NCBI GenBank assembly: GCA_963827475.1
Contig: CAWHAZ010000005.1
Span: forward strand, 640,001-704,000
Direction of reading: 5' to 3'
DNA from: an uncultured Chloroflexia bacterium
Lineage (GTDB): Bacteria; Chloroflexota; Limnocylindria; QHBO01
DNA length: 64,000 nucleotides
The notes beneath the pieces are model-generated. The model searched no databases and had not been told where the DNA came from. It saw only the letters and a program-made list of their open reading frames with translations. Made by a program: the position numbers and the translations under genes. Shown piece after piece: positions 21,160-31,789 of this stretch. Within the stretch, counting starts at the first letter, position 1. Each line of letters opens with the position of its first letter.

Positions 21160-22154
21160 CCGCGACCCGCGCGGTCCGGATTCTCACCACGCCGGTCTTC
21201 GGGGCGCCGCTGACCCCGGAGATGGTCGCGAGGATCGAGGCCGTTCCCGGAGCCCGGGTCACCCAGATCTCGCGCGACGGGGTGGCCCACGGCGACGCGG
21301 AGGCCGCGCTGACCGAGGCGGAGGTCCTCCTCCGTGGCCAGATCGCGTCCAAGGTCCTCGACCACGTCATCGAGCGCGCGCCGGCGCTCCGCTGGATCCA
21401 TTCCATCTCGGCGGGGGTGGACAAGGTCGTGACCCCCCTGTCGCGCCATCGCGGCCTGCAGGTGACAAACGCCCGCGGCGTGTTCTCGCGACCCATCGCC
21501 GAGTACGTGGTGATGATGTGCCTGGTCATCGCCCGCCGCCTGCCCCAGCTGCTCGACCTCCAGCGTGAGCGGACGTGGCAGCCGCTGCGCGGGCAGGAGC
21601 TCGGTGGCCTGACGGTCGGCATCATCGGCTACGGCAGCATCGGCGCAGAGGTGGCCCGTCTGCTGGAGCCGTTCGGGACGCGGGTCCTCGCCACCCGCCG
21701 CCATCCCGAGCTGGGGGCCGGCGGCCACGCCAATGTCGAGGTCCTGGGCATCGACCGCCTCCACGACCTCCTCCGCGCCTCGGACGTCGTGGTCATCGCG
21801 GCGCCATTGACCGATGAGACCGCCGGGCTGATCGGTGCACCGGAGCTGCAGGAGATGCCGGGACACGCGTGGCTGATCAACATCGCGCGCGGACGGCTGG
21901 TGGACGAGATGGCGCTCCGCCGCGCGCTGGCCAACGGCTGGATCGGTGGCGCCGTCCTCGATGTCTTCGACGAGGAGCCGCTCCCCGCCGACTCGCCGCT
22001 GTACGACACTCCGAACCTTGTCATCACGCCCCACACCTCGTGGTCGTCGGACCGCGTCGTGGAGCGCAGCATCGACCTCTTCGTGGCCAACCTCGAGCGC
22101 TACCTGGGCGGCGACCCGCTGGAGAACCTCGTCGACCTCGAGGCCGGCTACTGA
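21156..22154 (+). CDS. D-2-hydroxyacid dehydrogenase
   Basis: SAGVD, GIIGYGSIG, INIARG, LDVF.EEP and TPH motifs; first ATG is 21222 but the frame is open back to CTG 21156. Confidence 0.9.
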   Translation: MTATRAVRILTTPVFGAPLTPEMVARIEAVPGARVTQISRDGVAHGDAEAALTEAEVLLRGQIASKVLDHVIERAPALRWIHSISAGVDKVVTPLSRHRGLQVTNARGVFSRPIAEYVVMMCLVIARRLPQLLDLQRERTWQPLRGQELGGLTVGIIGYGSIGAEVARLLEPFGTRVLATRRHPELGAGGHANVEVLGIDRLHDLLRASDVVVIAAPLTDETAGLIGAPELQEMPGHAWLINIARGRLVDEMALRRALANGWIGGAVLDVFDEEPLPADSPLYDTPNLVITPHTSWSSDRVVERSIDLFVANLERYLGGDPLENLVDLEAGY

Positions 22155-22157
22155 CCG

Positions 22158-23249
22158 ATGCAGGTCGCGATCGTCGGCCTGCCCGGGTCGGGCAAGACCA
22201 CCGTCTTTACCGCCCTCGGCGGCCATCCGGCAGAGGGCGGGCACGCCGCGGGCCGCGCCGCGCCGAACATCGGGGTCGTCCCGGTGCCGGACCACCGCGT
22301 CGACGCCCTGGCCGAGGTCTTCCGCCCGAAGAAATCGGTCTACGCCGACGTGACCTACGTCGACCTCGCGATCCCGGCCGGGGCCACCCGGGCCGGGACC
22401 GTGGACCCGGACCTGCTCGGTCGCATCCGCACGTCTGACGCCCTGCTGCACGTGGCGCGCGCATTCGATGACCCTGCCGCCGAGCGTGCGGCCGACCCGT
22501 GGCGCGACGTCGAGGAGCTGGACCTCGAGTACGTCGTCGCGGACCTCGAAGTCGTCACCCGCCGCCTCGAGCGGCTCGGCTCCTCGGGCCGACACGGGAC
22601 CGCGGCCGAGCGCGAGCAGAACGCCCGCGAAGAGGAGCTTCTCGCCCGCCTGGCGCCGGTGCTGGAGGACGGGCGGCCGCTGCGCGAGCTGGAATGGACC
22701 GATGACGACGAGCGTCTGGCCCGCGGCTACCGCTTCCTGTCCCAGAAGCCGCAGCTGGTCGTCCTCAACGTCACCGAGGACCGGCTGCCGCAGGCCGATG
22801 CCCTGGAGGCGGAGGCCCGCTCGGCGCACGCGGGTGCGGCCCGCGACGTGATCGTTCTCGGCGGACGAATCGAGGCCGAGATTGCCGCGCTGCCGGAGGA
22901 CGAGGCGCAGCCGTTCCTGGACGACCTCGGCATCGCCGAGGCGTCGCGCGGGCGGGTCATCACCCGCACCTACGCGCTGCTCGGCCTGTTCTCGTTCCTC
23001 ACCGCCGGCCCCGACGAGTGCCGGGCGTGGACGATCCCTGACGACGCCACCGCACTCGACGCCGCCGGGACCATTCACTCCGACCTGGCTCGGGGCTTCA
23101 TCCGGGCGGAGGTGATCGACTGGGCCGATCTCGTCGCCTGCGGGTCCACGGCCGAGGCGCGGCGCCGGGGCCTCCTGCGCTCGGAAGGCAAGACCTACCA
23201 GGTGCAGGACGGGGACGTGATCGAGGTCCTGTTCAACGTCGGCCGCTGA
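22158..23249 (+). CDS. ychF: YchF/Ola1 family ATPase
   Basis: IVGLPGSGKT, VPD.R and NVTE motifs; C-terminal AAGTIHSDLARGFIRAEV..EGK.Y.VQDGD. Confidence 0.88.
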   Translation: MQVAIVGLPGSGKTTVFTALGGHPAEGGHAAGRAAPNIGVVPVPDHRVDALAEVFRPKKSVYADVTYVDLAIPAGATRAGTVDPDLLGRIRTSDALLHVARAFDDPAAERAADPWRDVEELDLEYVVADLEVVTRRLERLGSSGRHGTAAEREQNAREEELLARLAPVLEDGRPLRELEWTDDDERLARGYRFLSQKPQLVVLNVTEDRLPQADALEAEARSAHAGAARDVIVLGGRIEAEIAALPEDEAQPFLDDLGIAEASRGRVITRTYALLGLFSFLTAGPDECRAWTIPDDATALDAAGTIHSDLARGFIRAEVIDWADLVACGSTAEARRRGLLRSEGKTYQVQDGDVIEVLFNVGR

Positions 23250-23255
23250 GGCCGG

Positions 23256-23576
23256 TCAGGATCGGTCGAGCTCGACGACGATGCTGCGAAACTCATTGGT
23301 AGTCTCGACCAGGAAGGTGTCCTCGTCGGACATGCCCACCGACATCGATGCCGCCAGCTTCTCGTCACCGATATAGGTGAAGCCGTGGCTCCGCTCCAGC
23401 TCGCGGGCAACCGCCTCGACCAGTGTGTCTTCCTCGAAGGTCTCGATCACCGCGCCGCGGGCCGTCCGGACCAGTGCTGCGAACTCCTCGCCGCTCAATG
23501 CGCGTTCGCTGACCAGCAAAGCGTTGGTCAGCAGGTCGGCGGCGCCCTCGTGGAGCTCGTAGAAATGCAGGCTCAT
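23256..23576 (-). CDS. Hypothetical acidic protein
   Basis: 106-aa ORF filling the gap; TATCAT -10-like element 9 nt upstream. Confidence 0.65.
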   Translation of the reverse strand: MSLHFYELHEGAADLLTNALLVSERALSGEEFAALVRTARGAVIETFEEDTLVEAVARELERSHGFTYIGDEKLAASMSVGMSDEDTFLVETTNEFRSIVVELDRS

Positions 23577-23578
23577 CG

Positions 23579-24825
23579 GTGACCGATGATATCCGGGCCG
23601 ATCCCGGGGTGCCGGTCGACCTCCTTGTCATCGGTGGCCTGACCATCGACGTGCTCGACGGGAACGAAGTGGCCGGCGGCGCGGCCCGCTACGCCACCGA
23701 GGGGGCCCTCGCCGCCGGCCTGCGCGTCGCGCTGCACACGGTCTCTGGCCCGGAACCGGTCGCCCGCGCGATGGTGGAGCGCCTCGGGGTGGGTGCCGCG
23801 GTCCGCTGGCAGGAGGCAGCCACCTCAATCGTCTTCGAGCATCACGGCGTCCACGACCAGCGGCGCCTCCGCCTGCGCTCGGGGACCGAGTCGATCCGCG
23901 CCGCGGATCCGCCGCGCCTGCCACCGACCCGGGCCGTCCTCTTCGCGCCGGTGGCCGGCGAGGTCTCGGTCGATGCGCTCCGTGCGGTCACGGCCCCCGT
24001 CCGCGCGGCAGGGCTGCAGGGGTGGCTGCGCCAGACCGATGTCGACGGCTGGGTGGACCGCCGACCGCTGTCCGCGGTGGACGAGGCGATGGCCGATGCC
24101 CTGCGCGGCCTCGCGCTGCTGGTGGCGAGCGTCGACGAGCTGCGCGGTGATGCTGGCCCCGAGGCCATGACCCGCCTTCGCGCCTGGGCCGGTCCGCGGG
24201 CCCGAGCTCGTGGTCACCGCCGGCACGGCCGGGGCGTGGGTCGACGACGGTCGTGCCGCCCTACGCCACGTCCCGGCCGAGGTGGTGCCAGACCGACACA
24301 CGATCGGGGCCGGTGACGCCTTCGCGGCCGTGCTCACCGCGCGGCGTGGCGCAGGCCGCGACCTGTGGTCCGCCGCTTCCGAGGCGGCGACGGCGACCGC
24401 CCGTTTCCTTGCCAATCGCGGACCGGCGACAATCGCCGAGATGGGTGAGCGGGATACGGCAGCGGACCTGGCCGAGCTCGACGAGACCCGCTGGCGTCGC
24501 CACGCGGTTCGGCCCGGGCCTTCGGCATGCGCCCGCGCCGGAGTCCGAGTTCACCCTGGAGATCCAGGGCGACCGGCTTGCCGGGCGGTCCGGTTGCAAT
24601 CGCTTCATGGGCACCTGGTCGACCGAGGACGGCCGGCTGCGGATCGGTCAGCTGGCGAGCACGATGATGTTCTGCGATGGGTTGATGGAGCTCGAGGGCG
24701 CCTACCTCGCCGCACTCCAGAGTGCGACCGGTGTGAGAGCCGATGAGGCCGGGCTGACCTTGGTCGGCCCGGACGGAGCCGCGGTGGTGGAGCTCACCAG
24801 GGAAGCGCTGGCGCCGGAAACCTAG
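23579..24825 (+). CDS. PfkB carbohydrate kinase apparently fused to a META (HslJ) domain; frameshifts near 24200 and 24495
   Basis: GGAARY and TIGAGDAF kinase signatures; then G.SGCNRFMG..LASTMMFC META motif, with no stop between the domains after correction. Confidence 0.7.
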
Positions 24826-24834
24826 CGCCGGAAC

Positions 24835-26804
24835 TTAGCGCCAGTCGACGGCGCGGACCTCCACCGGCTCGGCCACTCCCTTGAGCTTCATCGAGCGGGG
24901 CTCGGAGATGGAGTACCGAATCGCGCCGGCGTCCTCGAGCGCGGCCCCCGAGACGAGGACCTCCTCTCGCGTGGCCGCGGCGCCGACCCGCGCCGCGACG
25001 TGGACGCCTCGTCCGGAGTAGGTGCTGCCCTTCCGCGTTGCCTCGGAGGTGTGCAGGCCGATGCGCACCCACGGGGCGAAGCCGTGCGCCCGACGGTGCT
25101 TGGCCAGCCGCCGCTGGATGTCCACCCCGCAGTCGACCCCGTCGGCGGCGCGCCTCGAACGCGGCGAAGAACCCGTCGCCGGTGTGCTGCACCTCCTCCC
25201 CGCGGTGCTGGGCGATCGACGCCCGAAGCTCGCGGTCGTGCCAGTCGAGCAGCTCGTTCCACGCCTCGTCCCCGATCAGCTCGACGAGGTCGGTCGAGGT
25301 GACGATGTCGGTGAACATGAAGGTCCGCTTCACCGTCCCGCGCGACGTTGGCGTGGCAGGCACCGCATCCGTCCCGAGCAGCGCCTCGACCCGGCGGAGC
25401 TCCGTGGTGGCTCCCAGCCTGGCGAAGACCGCGTGCGCTGCGCGCAGGTCGCGCGTCGCGGCTGCTGCGTCGCCCTCTGCGCGCAGGGCCTGGGCCAACA
25501 GCACGCGCGCACGGGCGCTCTCGAAAGGCAGGTTCATCTCCTGCCATTGTCGCCACGCCTGGTCCAGGACCCGGGAAGCCTCGCCTGCCTTGCCCTCGGC
25601 CAGGAGGACCTCGCCACGGGCCGTCGCCGCGCCTCGCGTCGAAGATCGGGAAGCCAAACTCGGCGGCGAACTCGGTCAGCTCGGCGCTCGCGGCTCGGGC
25701 CGTGTCCAGGTCGCCGCGCGCGACGGCGATCTCGACCTGGGCGGGGAGCAGCTCGGCGCGGCCGGGCCGGTCTGGCGTAGACCCTCCTCCCGCCCGCTGG
25801 GCAAGCCCTCGATGGATGGATCGCTCCGCCTCGTCCGGATCCCCGCGCTCCAGCTGGAGGAGGGCGAGTCCGGGCTGCCCGTCATGCCCGTACTCGTACG
25901 CCCGCTCGAACGATTCGGCGGCGGCGTCCAGGTCGCCCATCCGGCGCTTGACCTCGCCCAGCTGGTACCGGCCCCATCCGGCGTCGAACAGGAGCTGGAA
26001 TCGCTCGAGCTGCTCGCAGGCGACCCGCGCCTCCTGCTCCGCCTCGGAGAGCGAGCCGTGGAGCATCTTCAGCTCGGCCCGGTGCACCTGGCAGACGCCG
26101 GGGTAGCCGCCAACCGCCTCTCGAAGCATCCAGCGTTCGGCTTCGTCCGCCCACCGCCCGGCGCGAGGAAAGTCGCCGAGCGTGCGGCAGGCAGAAATCG
26201 TCTGGCAGTAGATATCGCTCGCGACTCGCACGTCGAGCTGGCCGGAGACAGCGGCGGCAGCGGCCTCTTCGATCATCGCCAGGCCCGGCTGCCAGTTACC
26301 GCGGGAGATCTCGGCAAGCCCCTTGAAGCTCAGGGCGGCGTACTGCGCCTCTGCATTCCCGTGGGCCTTCCCGAGGGCAATTGCGCGATCCGCGTGGTCG
26401 ATGGCCTCGTCGAACTGCGTTCGGGCGATCGCAGCCAGGACGCGGAAGACCTCCAGTCGCGCGTGGATGCCGGATTCGGGGAGCTCCTCGAGAAGGCGCT
26501 CGGCTCGAGCGAGCCAGGCCATGGCGACCGGGATGGCCAGTCGGCGGAAGTGGATATAGACAAGGGACGCGGCGGCGCCCGCGGCCTCGGTCAGCCGTCC
26601 TTCGGTCTCATAAGCGGCAAACGACCGCTCGAGAGCAGAAACTGCGGCGTCGGCATCGGCGTTCCACCACGCCGCCTCAGCCTGGAGCTCGAGGTCCTCG
26701 GGGGTCAGCGGCTCCGCCTGGCCGGCGGCCGTGAACGCGTCGACCGCCTCTGACCATGAGTGGCGGCGTGAGGCGTCGCGCCCGAGCTCGAGGGTGCTTG
26801 TCAT
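24835..26804 (-). CDS. TPR-rich protein with C-terminal class III nucleotide cyclase domain; frameshifts near 25630 and 25150
   Basis: TFMFTDIVTST, TGDGFF, VRIGLH, VHVAARV and LKGV motifs across three frames; helical repeat N-terminus from ATG 26804. Confidence 0.82.
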
Positions 26805-26869
26805 TCGGCTCACCACATCGAAGCGTCTGAACGGTGAGCCTACTCCGTCACGTCCAGATTGGACCGGCG

Positions 26870-28115
26870 CTAGGCGGCTTCCGGCAGGCGGGGGGTTCGA
26901 CGTCGCCCGGCGCTCGCTGGCGGCCACCCAGCTCGTCAGCCGGCGTCGACGCCGTTCCACGAGCAGCCGGGCTCGACCGATGCGGTCGATGCTCCCGCCG
27001 CGGCCGAGCGCGAGCGCCAGGTCGAGGACGCGCGACGCGGCGCGGGTCGCCTCGAGGGCGCCGGGAAGGTCGTCCGCGTGGCGCTCCCGGATGCGCGCCA
27101 CCTCGATCCAGGCCAGGGCCGCCTCCACCGTTCCGCTGCGCGCCGTTTCGCGCCACATCGCCTCCGCCCGGGTCGCATCGCCACCCGCGATCAGCAGCCG
27201 CGACGCCAGCCGGCGAAGCCGGATCGGCTCCTCTCCGAGGCTGGCCGCGGGGGACGAGAACCCACCTCCGAGGACCCCTTCCAGCACCTCGAGGGCGTCA
27301 CCGGCATCGCCGTCGCGGAGCAGCTCGAGCGCCAGCCCTCGGTGGTCCACCAGCGATCCGTCCCGCCAGCCACCACCCCGCAGCCGGCCCATTTCGGCGT
27401 CGAGCAGGGCGAGGGACGCGACGTCCTGGGCGTTGTGGTCGATGACCGCCGACAGCAGGTCCGGCGAGGCCCCGGCCAGGTAGGCGAACCACCGTTGCGG
27501 GACCTCGCTCGACGGGCAGTCGTTGCGACGGCGGATGTCGAGCACGCCGCGTTCGATGTCGGCGAGTCGGGCGCTGCCCAGGATCCGGCGCCACAGGCGA
27601 CGGGCGACGGGCAGCAGGTCGTCATGGCGGGCGGGCAGCTCGACGAGGCCGCGGCCCAGGCCGTGGATCGTCATCCGGGCGGCGAGCAGCGGAATATCGA
27701 AGCCGCGCCCGTTGTACGTCACCATCCGGTCCAGACCGGCCATCCAGCTCATGACCGTGCGAAGGAGCGCCGGCTCCTCGGGGTAGTCCGGCAGCAGCGC
27801 CTGGCGCACGACGATCGCGCCGTCGTCGAGCCGGCCAACGGCGGCGAGGATCACCACCGTCCCGGCCCCGGTCGAGAGGCCCGTGGTCTCGGTGTCGAGG
27901 TAGCCGGTGGTTGCGCCCCTTGCCAACCGGTCCGCCACGGCCGGCGGCAGCGGGATGCGGCGCTCGACCAAGGCCACTCGCCCGCCATGGATCGAGGTGA
28001 GCCGAGCCCCGTCCCAGGCCGCGAGCCGGGCCGCGACGTCGTCGTTGCGCGCCACCGGCAACGGCCGTGGACCGCGCTCGGCGCGGATCGCCTCCAGGCG
28101 TTGCTCGAGGGTCAT
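26870..28115 (-). CDS. YprB/MrfB-like RNase H-fold (DEDDh) exonuclease with TPR tail; 3' end uncertain
   Basis: YLDTETTGL, TYNGRGFD and HNAQDV motifs; ATGA-coupled to the helicase. Confidence 0.85.
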
Positions 28116-30407
28116 CCGGTCGTGGCGGCCAGCTCGCTGAGCAACTCGAGTGCGGTCGCCTTGCCCCGCGGACCAACCTCGGTGGGCGGTCCCACGCATC
28201 CGGGACAGCCCTCGAGACACGGACAGTCGCGGACCGCGTCGCGACACATTTCGAGCAAGTCGGTCCCACAGGTCGTGGAGCCGTTCGGTCAAACCGACGC
28301 CGCCGGGAACCGCGTCGTACAGATAGAGCGTCGGCCGGCCGGTGAACGGTGCCTGCACCTGCGCAAGGACCCCGAGGTCGCGCGGGTCGCACATGAGCAG
28401 GAGCGCGCCGGTCGTGCGTGCCACGCGCGCGAGCCCGATGAGCGCACCGTCGAGCGTGTCTCGGTCATAGCGGTTGACGAGCTCGGCGGGAGGCACGAGC
28501 CACGTCGATGTGGTGTGCATCTCCTGCTCGGGAATGCTGATCGAGCCCCAGCCGACGTTCTCGTGGGTGTGGTATTTGAGCTTCTTGAACATGGTCACCT
28601 TCCAGGCGACCATCACCTCGCCGCGCTGCCGCCGGCCGGCCGGCGGCGCATCGGTCTCCTCGAAGACCTCGAGCACCTTGAGCGTGATGCCGAGGTCGGC
28701 ATCGGTGTAGTAGTCGACATCCGTCTGGGTGACGTAGGCCTTGCGCTCCGCCCAGTCGAGGCGGTCGACATGGTGCTGAACGCCCTGGTGGATGTAGATC
28801 GCCTTCTCGTGCACGAAGAGGGGAGCGGCAAACAGGTCGATCTCGCCCAGGACACGGTGCCGGTCGCCGGTGGTGTCAATGATCACGACGTTCTCGGGCG
28901 CCCCGGTGCGGAGGCTGAAGTCGCTGGCTGGGAAGTTCTCGTGGCTCCAGTAGTACCGGTCGTCGTCCGCGCGCCGGATCCAGCCGTCCTCCTCGAGGAC
29001 CTCGAGCAGGGTCGGCGTCTCTTCGATACCAAAGCGCTCGGTGGCGGGCACCGGGAGCTCGAAGGTGGAGGCCCGCAGGTGATTCAGGAGCACGTGCAGG
29101 TTGTCCGGGTTCACGAGCCCGTGCTCCGGCGATTGATCAAACAGGTACTCGGGATGGGCGGCGAGGAACTGGTCGATGGGGGCCGACGAGCAGATGAGCG
29201 CCGAGAGGCTCGTCCCGCTCCGGCGGCCGGCGCGACCCATCTGCTGCCAGGTGCTGGCGATCGTGCCCGGGTAACCGACGCTGATGGCGGCATCGAGGCT
29301 GCCGATGTCGATCCCCAGCTCGAGGGCGTTGGTGGCGACCACGCCCCGCACGCGGCCGTCGCGCAGCCCATCCTCGATGGCGTGCCGTTCGTTCGGGAGG
29401 TAGCCACCGCGGTACCCGCGAATCGTGTGGGGATGGCCGGGGGGCGGGGCAAACGTCTCGCGGAGGTAGCTGGTGAGAACCTCCACAGCGGTGCGCGAGC
29501 GCGCGAACGCGATGGTCTGCACGCCGCCACCGATGAGCCGCTCCGCCAGGTGCTGCCCGGTGAGGAGCGCCGAGCCACGGATCCCCAGCTGCTCGTTGGC
29601 GACTGGCGGGTTGACGACGAGGATGTGCCGGCGGCCGGACGGCGCGCCGTTGTCGTCGATCAGCTCGACCGGTGCATCCAGCACGCGCTCGGCGAGCTCG
29701 CGCGGGTTGGCGATCGTCGCGCTGGCGCAGATGAAGATCGGGTCCGAGCCGTAGTGGTTGCAGATCCGCCGCAGCCGGCGCACGACGTTGGCGACGTGTG
29801 AGCCGAAGATCCCGCGGTACGTGTGCAGCTCGTCGATGACGACGAATTGCAGGTTCTCGAACAGCTTGAACCACTTCGTGTGGTGCGGAAGGATCGCCGC
29901 ATGGAGCATGTCCGGGTTGGTGATGACGACCTGCCCGGCGGCGCGAACGACCGACCGGACGTTCGGCGGAGTGTCTCCGTCGTACGTGTGCGTCTTCAGG
30001 GCCAGCGCCGCGGTGTCGGCGAGCGACCGAAGCTCGACCAGCTGGTCCGCGGCGAGGGCCTTGGTTGGAAACAGGTAGAGGGCGCGCGCGGTCTCGTCCT
30101 TCGCGACGGCGTCGAGGACCGGCAGGTTGTAGCAGAGCGTCTTTCCCGAGGCGGTGGGAGTAACGACCACCACGTTCTTGCGTTGCCGAACCGACTCCAG
30201 GGCCTGGGTCTGGTGGGTCCATAGCGCCTCGACGCCTCGTTCGCGGAGGGCGGCGATCAGGCGGGGATCGAGGTCCTCGGGCCACGGCGCGTATCGCGGT
30301 GGTCGCGGTTCGATGATCCGATGGGCAGTGGTCAGGCGCTCGAGCCAGGGGTCGTCGAGGATCGCCTCGATGGCCTCCTCGGCGGAGACCGGTCGGTTGG
30401 CCAGCAT
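28112..30407 (-). CDS. DEAD/DEAH helicase with DUF1998 (YprA/MrfA/Hrq1-like); frameshift near 28260
   Basis: TASGKT, DELH, SAT and QQMGRAGR motifs; LYDAVPGGVG; the alternate frame gives CPCLEGCPGC and stops at 28112. Confidence 0.92.
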
Positions 30408-30444
30408 GGTCGTATCGGCACCTCGCACGGAGATCGGCTGGCAA

Positions 30445-30464
30445 AATAGCACACGCGTTCTATT
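30445..30464. promoter_or_regulatory. Putative LexA (GAAC-N4-GTTC type) operator
   Basis: AATA-GCAC-ACGC-GTTC-TATT, an imperfect palindrome about 40 bp upstream of the repair helicase. Confidence 0.55.
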
Positions 30465-30544
30465 CTGAGACCGATTCTCGTGCGCCGGATCGTCTCCCGC
30501 GTCGTGACAGGTCGCGTGTCGCGCAGTGGTACCGTTGCCCGCCG

Positions 30545-31789
30545 ATGATCCGGACCACGCCCTTTCACGAACGGACGGCCGCCCTGAACGAGACCGGGCT
30601 GTGGCAGCACTGGGCGGGGCATCTGAGCGCGAACCGCTACCAGGTCTCCGACAAGTTCGAGTACTTCGCGGTCCGCAACGCGGCGGGGATCTTCGACACC
30701 TCGCCGCTGTACAAGTACCGATTCGCCGGGCCCGACGCGGAGCGGTTCCTGTCCGGGATGCTCGCCCGCGACATCCGAGCCTGCCCGCCGTGGCACGCCC
30801 AGTACACCTGCTGGCTGGACGACCGCGGGTTCGTGATGGAGGACGGGGTCATCCAGCACCTGGATCCCGAGGAGTACCTGCTGACCAGCGCAGAGCCGAA
30901 CTTCGCGTACTTCGCGGATCGCATCGGCAGGCTGGACGTACTTGTCGAGGACGTCAGCCTCGACATCGGCGCACTCGCCATCCAGGGGCCGCGGTCCCGC
31001 GACCTGCTGACCGCGCTGGTTCCCGGCACCCGCGACCTCGCCTTCTTCGCCATCACCAGCGGCGAGATCGGCGGCCGCCCGGTGAAGGTCAGCCGTACCG
31101 GCTACACCGGTGACCTGGGCTACGAGGTCTGGTGCGCGACGTCCGACGCGGTGGCGGTGTGGGACACGCTGTGGGAGGCGTGCGACGGCAACGGGGTGCT
31201 GCCCTATGGGCTGGCCGCCCTGTACATGCTCAGGATCGAGGCGGGGCTGCTGTTGCTGGGCAAGGACTTCGACTCGACCCGGTTCGCGTTCAACGACGCC
31301 CATCGGTCGACCCCGCTCGAGCTCGGCTGGGCGTGGATGTTCAAGGGACTGACCGATGACGACCGTGCCTTCATCGGTCGCCGCGCCCTCGAGCGGGAGC
31401 TCGACGAGAAGTCCTCACGCTGGAAGATGTGCGGGCTGGTCGTCGACTGGGAGGACTACGACCGGGTCTACGGCCAGGCGGGGCTCATCCCGCCGAAGGA
31501 CCACCGCCCGGTCCACGAGGACTGGATGGTCTACGACGACGAGGGCAAACGAGTGGGCTACGCGACCAGCTTCATGTACTCGCCTGTTCTCCAGCGCCAT
31601 ATCGCCCTGGCCCGAGTCCGGCCGGACCTGGCGAAGGTCGGTACTCGCGTATTCCTCGAGTTCACGGTGGACCATCATTACCAGAAGGTCGCCGCCCACG
31701 TGGCGCGCCTGCCCCTCTATAACCCGGAGCGGAAGACCGCCATGAGCAACGGCACCGCGAGCAGCGGCACCACGAGCAACGGCGCGTGA
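30545..31789 (+). CDS. Aminomethyltransferase (GcvT-like) family protein
   Basis: RTTPFH, FDTSPL, AIQGP.S, SRTGYTGDLGYE and LRIEAG motifs. Confidence 0.9.
   Translation: MIRTTPFHERTAALNETGLWQHWAGHLSANRYQVSDKFEYFAVRNAAGIFDTSPLYKYRFAGPDAERFLSGMLARDIRACPPWHAQYTCWLDDRGFVMEDGVIQHLDPEEYLLTSAEPNFAYFADRIGRLDVLVEDVSLDIGALAIQGPRSRDLLTALVPGTRDLAFFAITSGEIGGRPVKVSRTGYTGDLGYEVWCATSDAVAVWDTLWEACDGNGVLPYGLAALYMLRIEAGLLLLGKDFDSTRFAFNDAHRSTPLELGWAWMFKGLTDDDRAFIGRRALERELDEKSSRWKMCGLVVDWEDYDRVYGQAGLIPPKDHRPVHEDWMVYDDEGKRVGYATSFMYSPVLQRHIALARVRPDLAKVGTRVFLEFTVDHHYQKVAAHVARLPLYNPERKTAMSNGTASSGTTSNGA

Noticed and set aside
19256-21568. 770-aa ORF with PWRPT repeats
   Set aside because: It is the zincin gene plus out-of-frame extensions over murI and the dehydrogenase.
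24811-24842. Short direct repeat GCGCCGGAA(A)C(C/T)TA between convergent genes
   Set aside because: Only two imperfect copies in GC-rich DNA; no evidence of function or of a target-site duplication.
24888-30452. 1854-aa helicase-exonuclease-TPR megaprotein
   Set aside because: The helicase's Cys-motif C-terminus and stop are in another frame (TGA 28112, overlapping ATG 28115). The fusion is produced by an indel near 28260.
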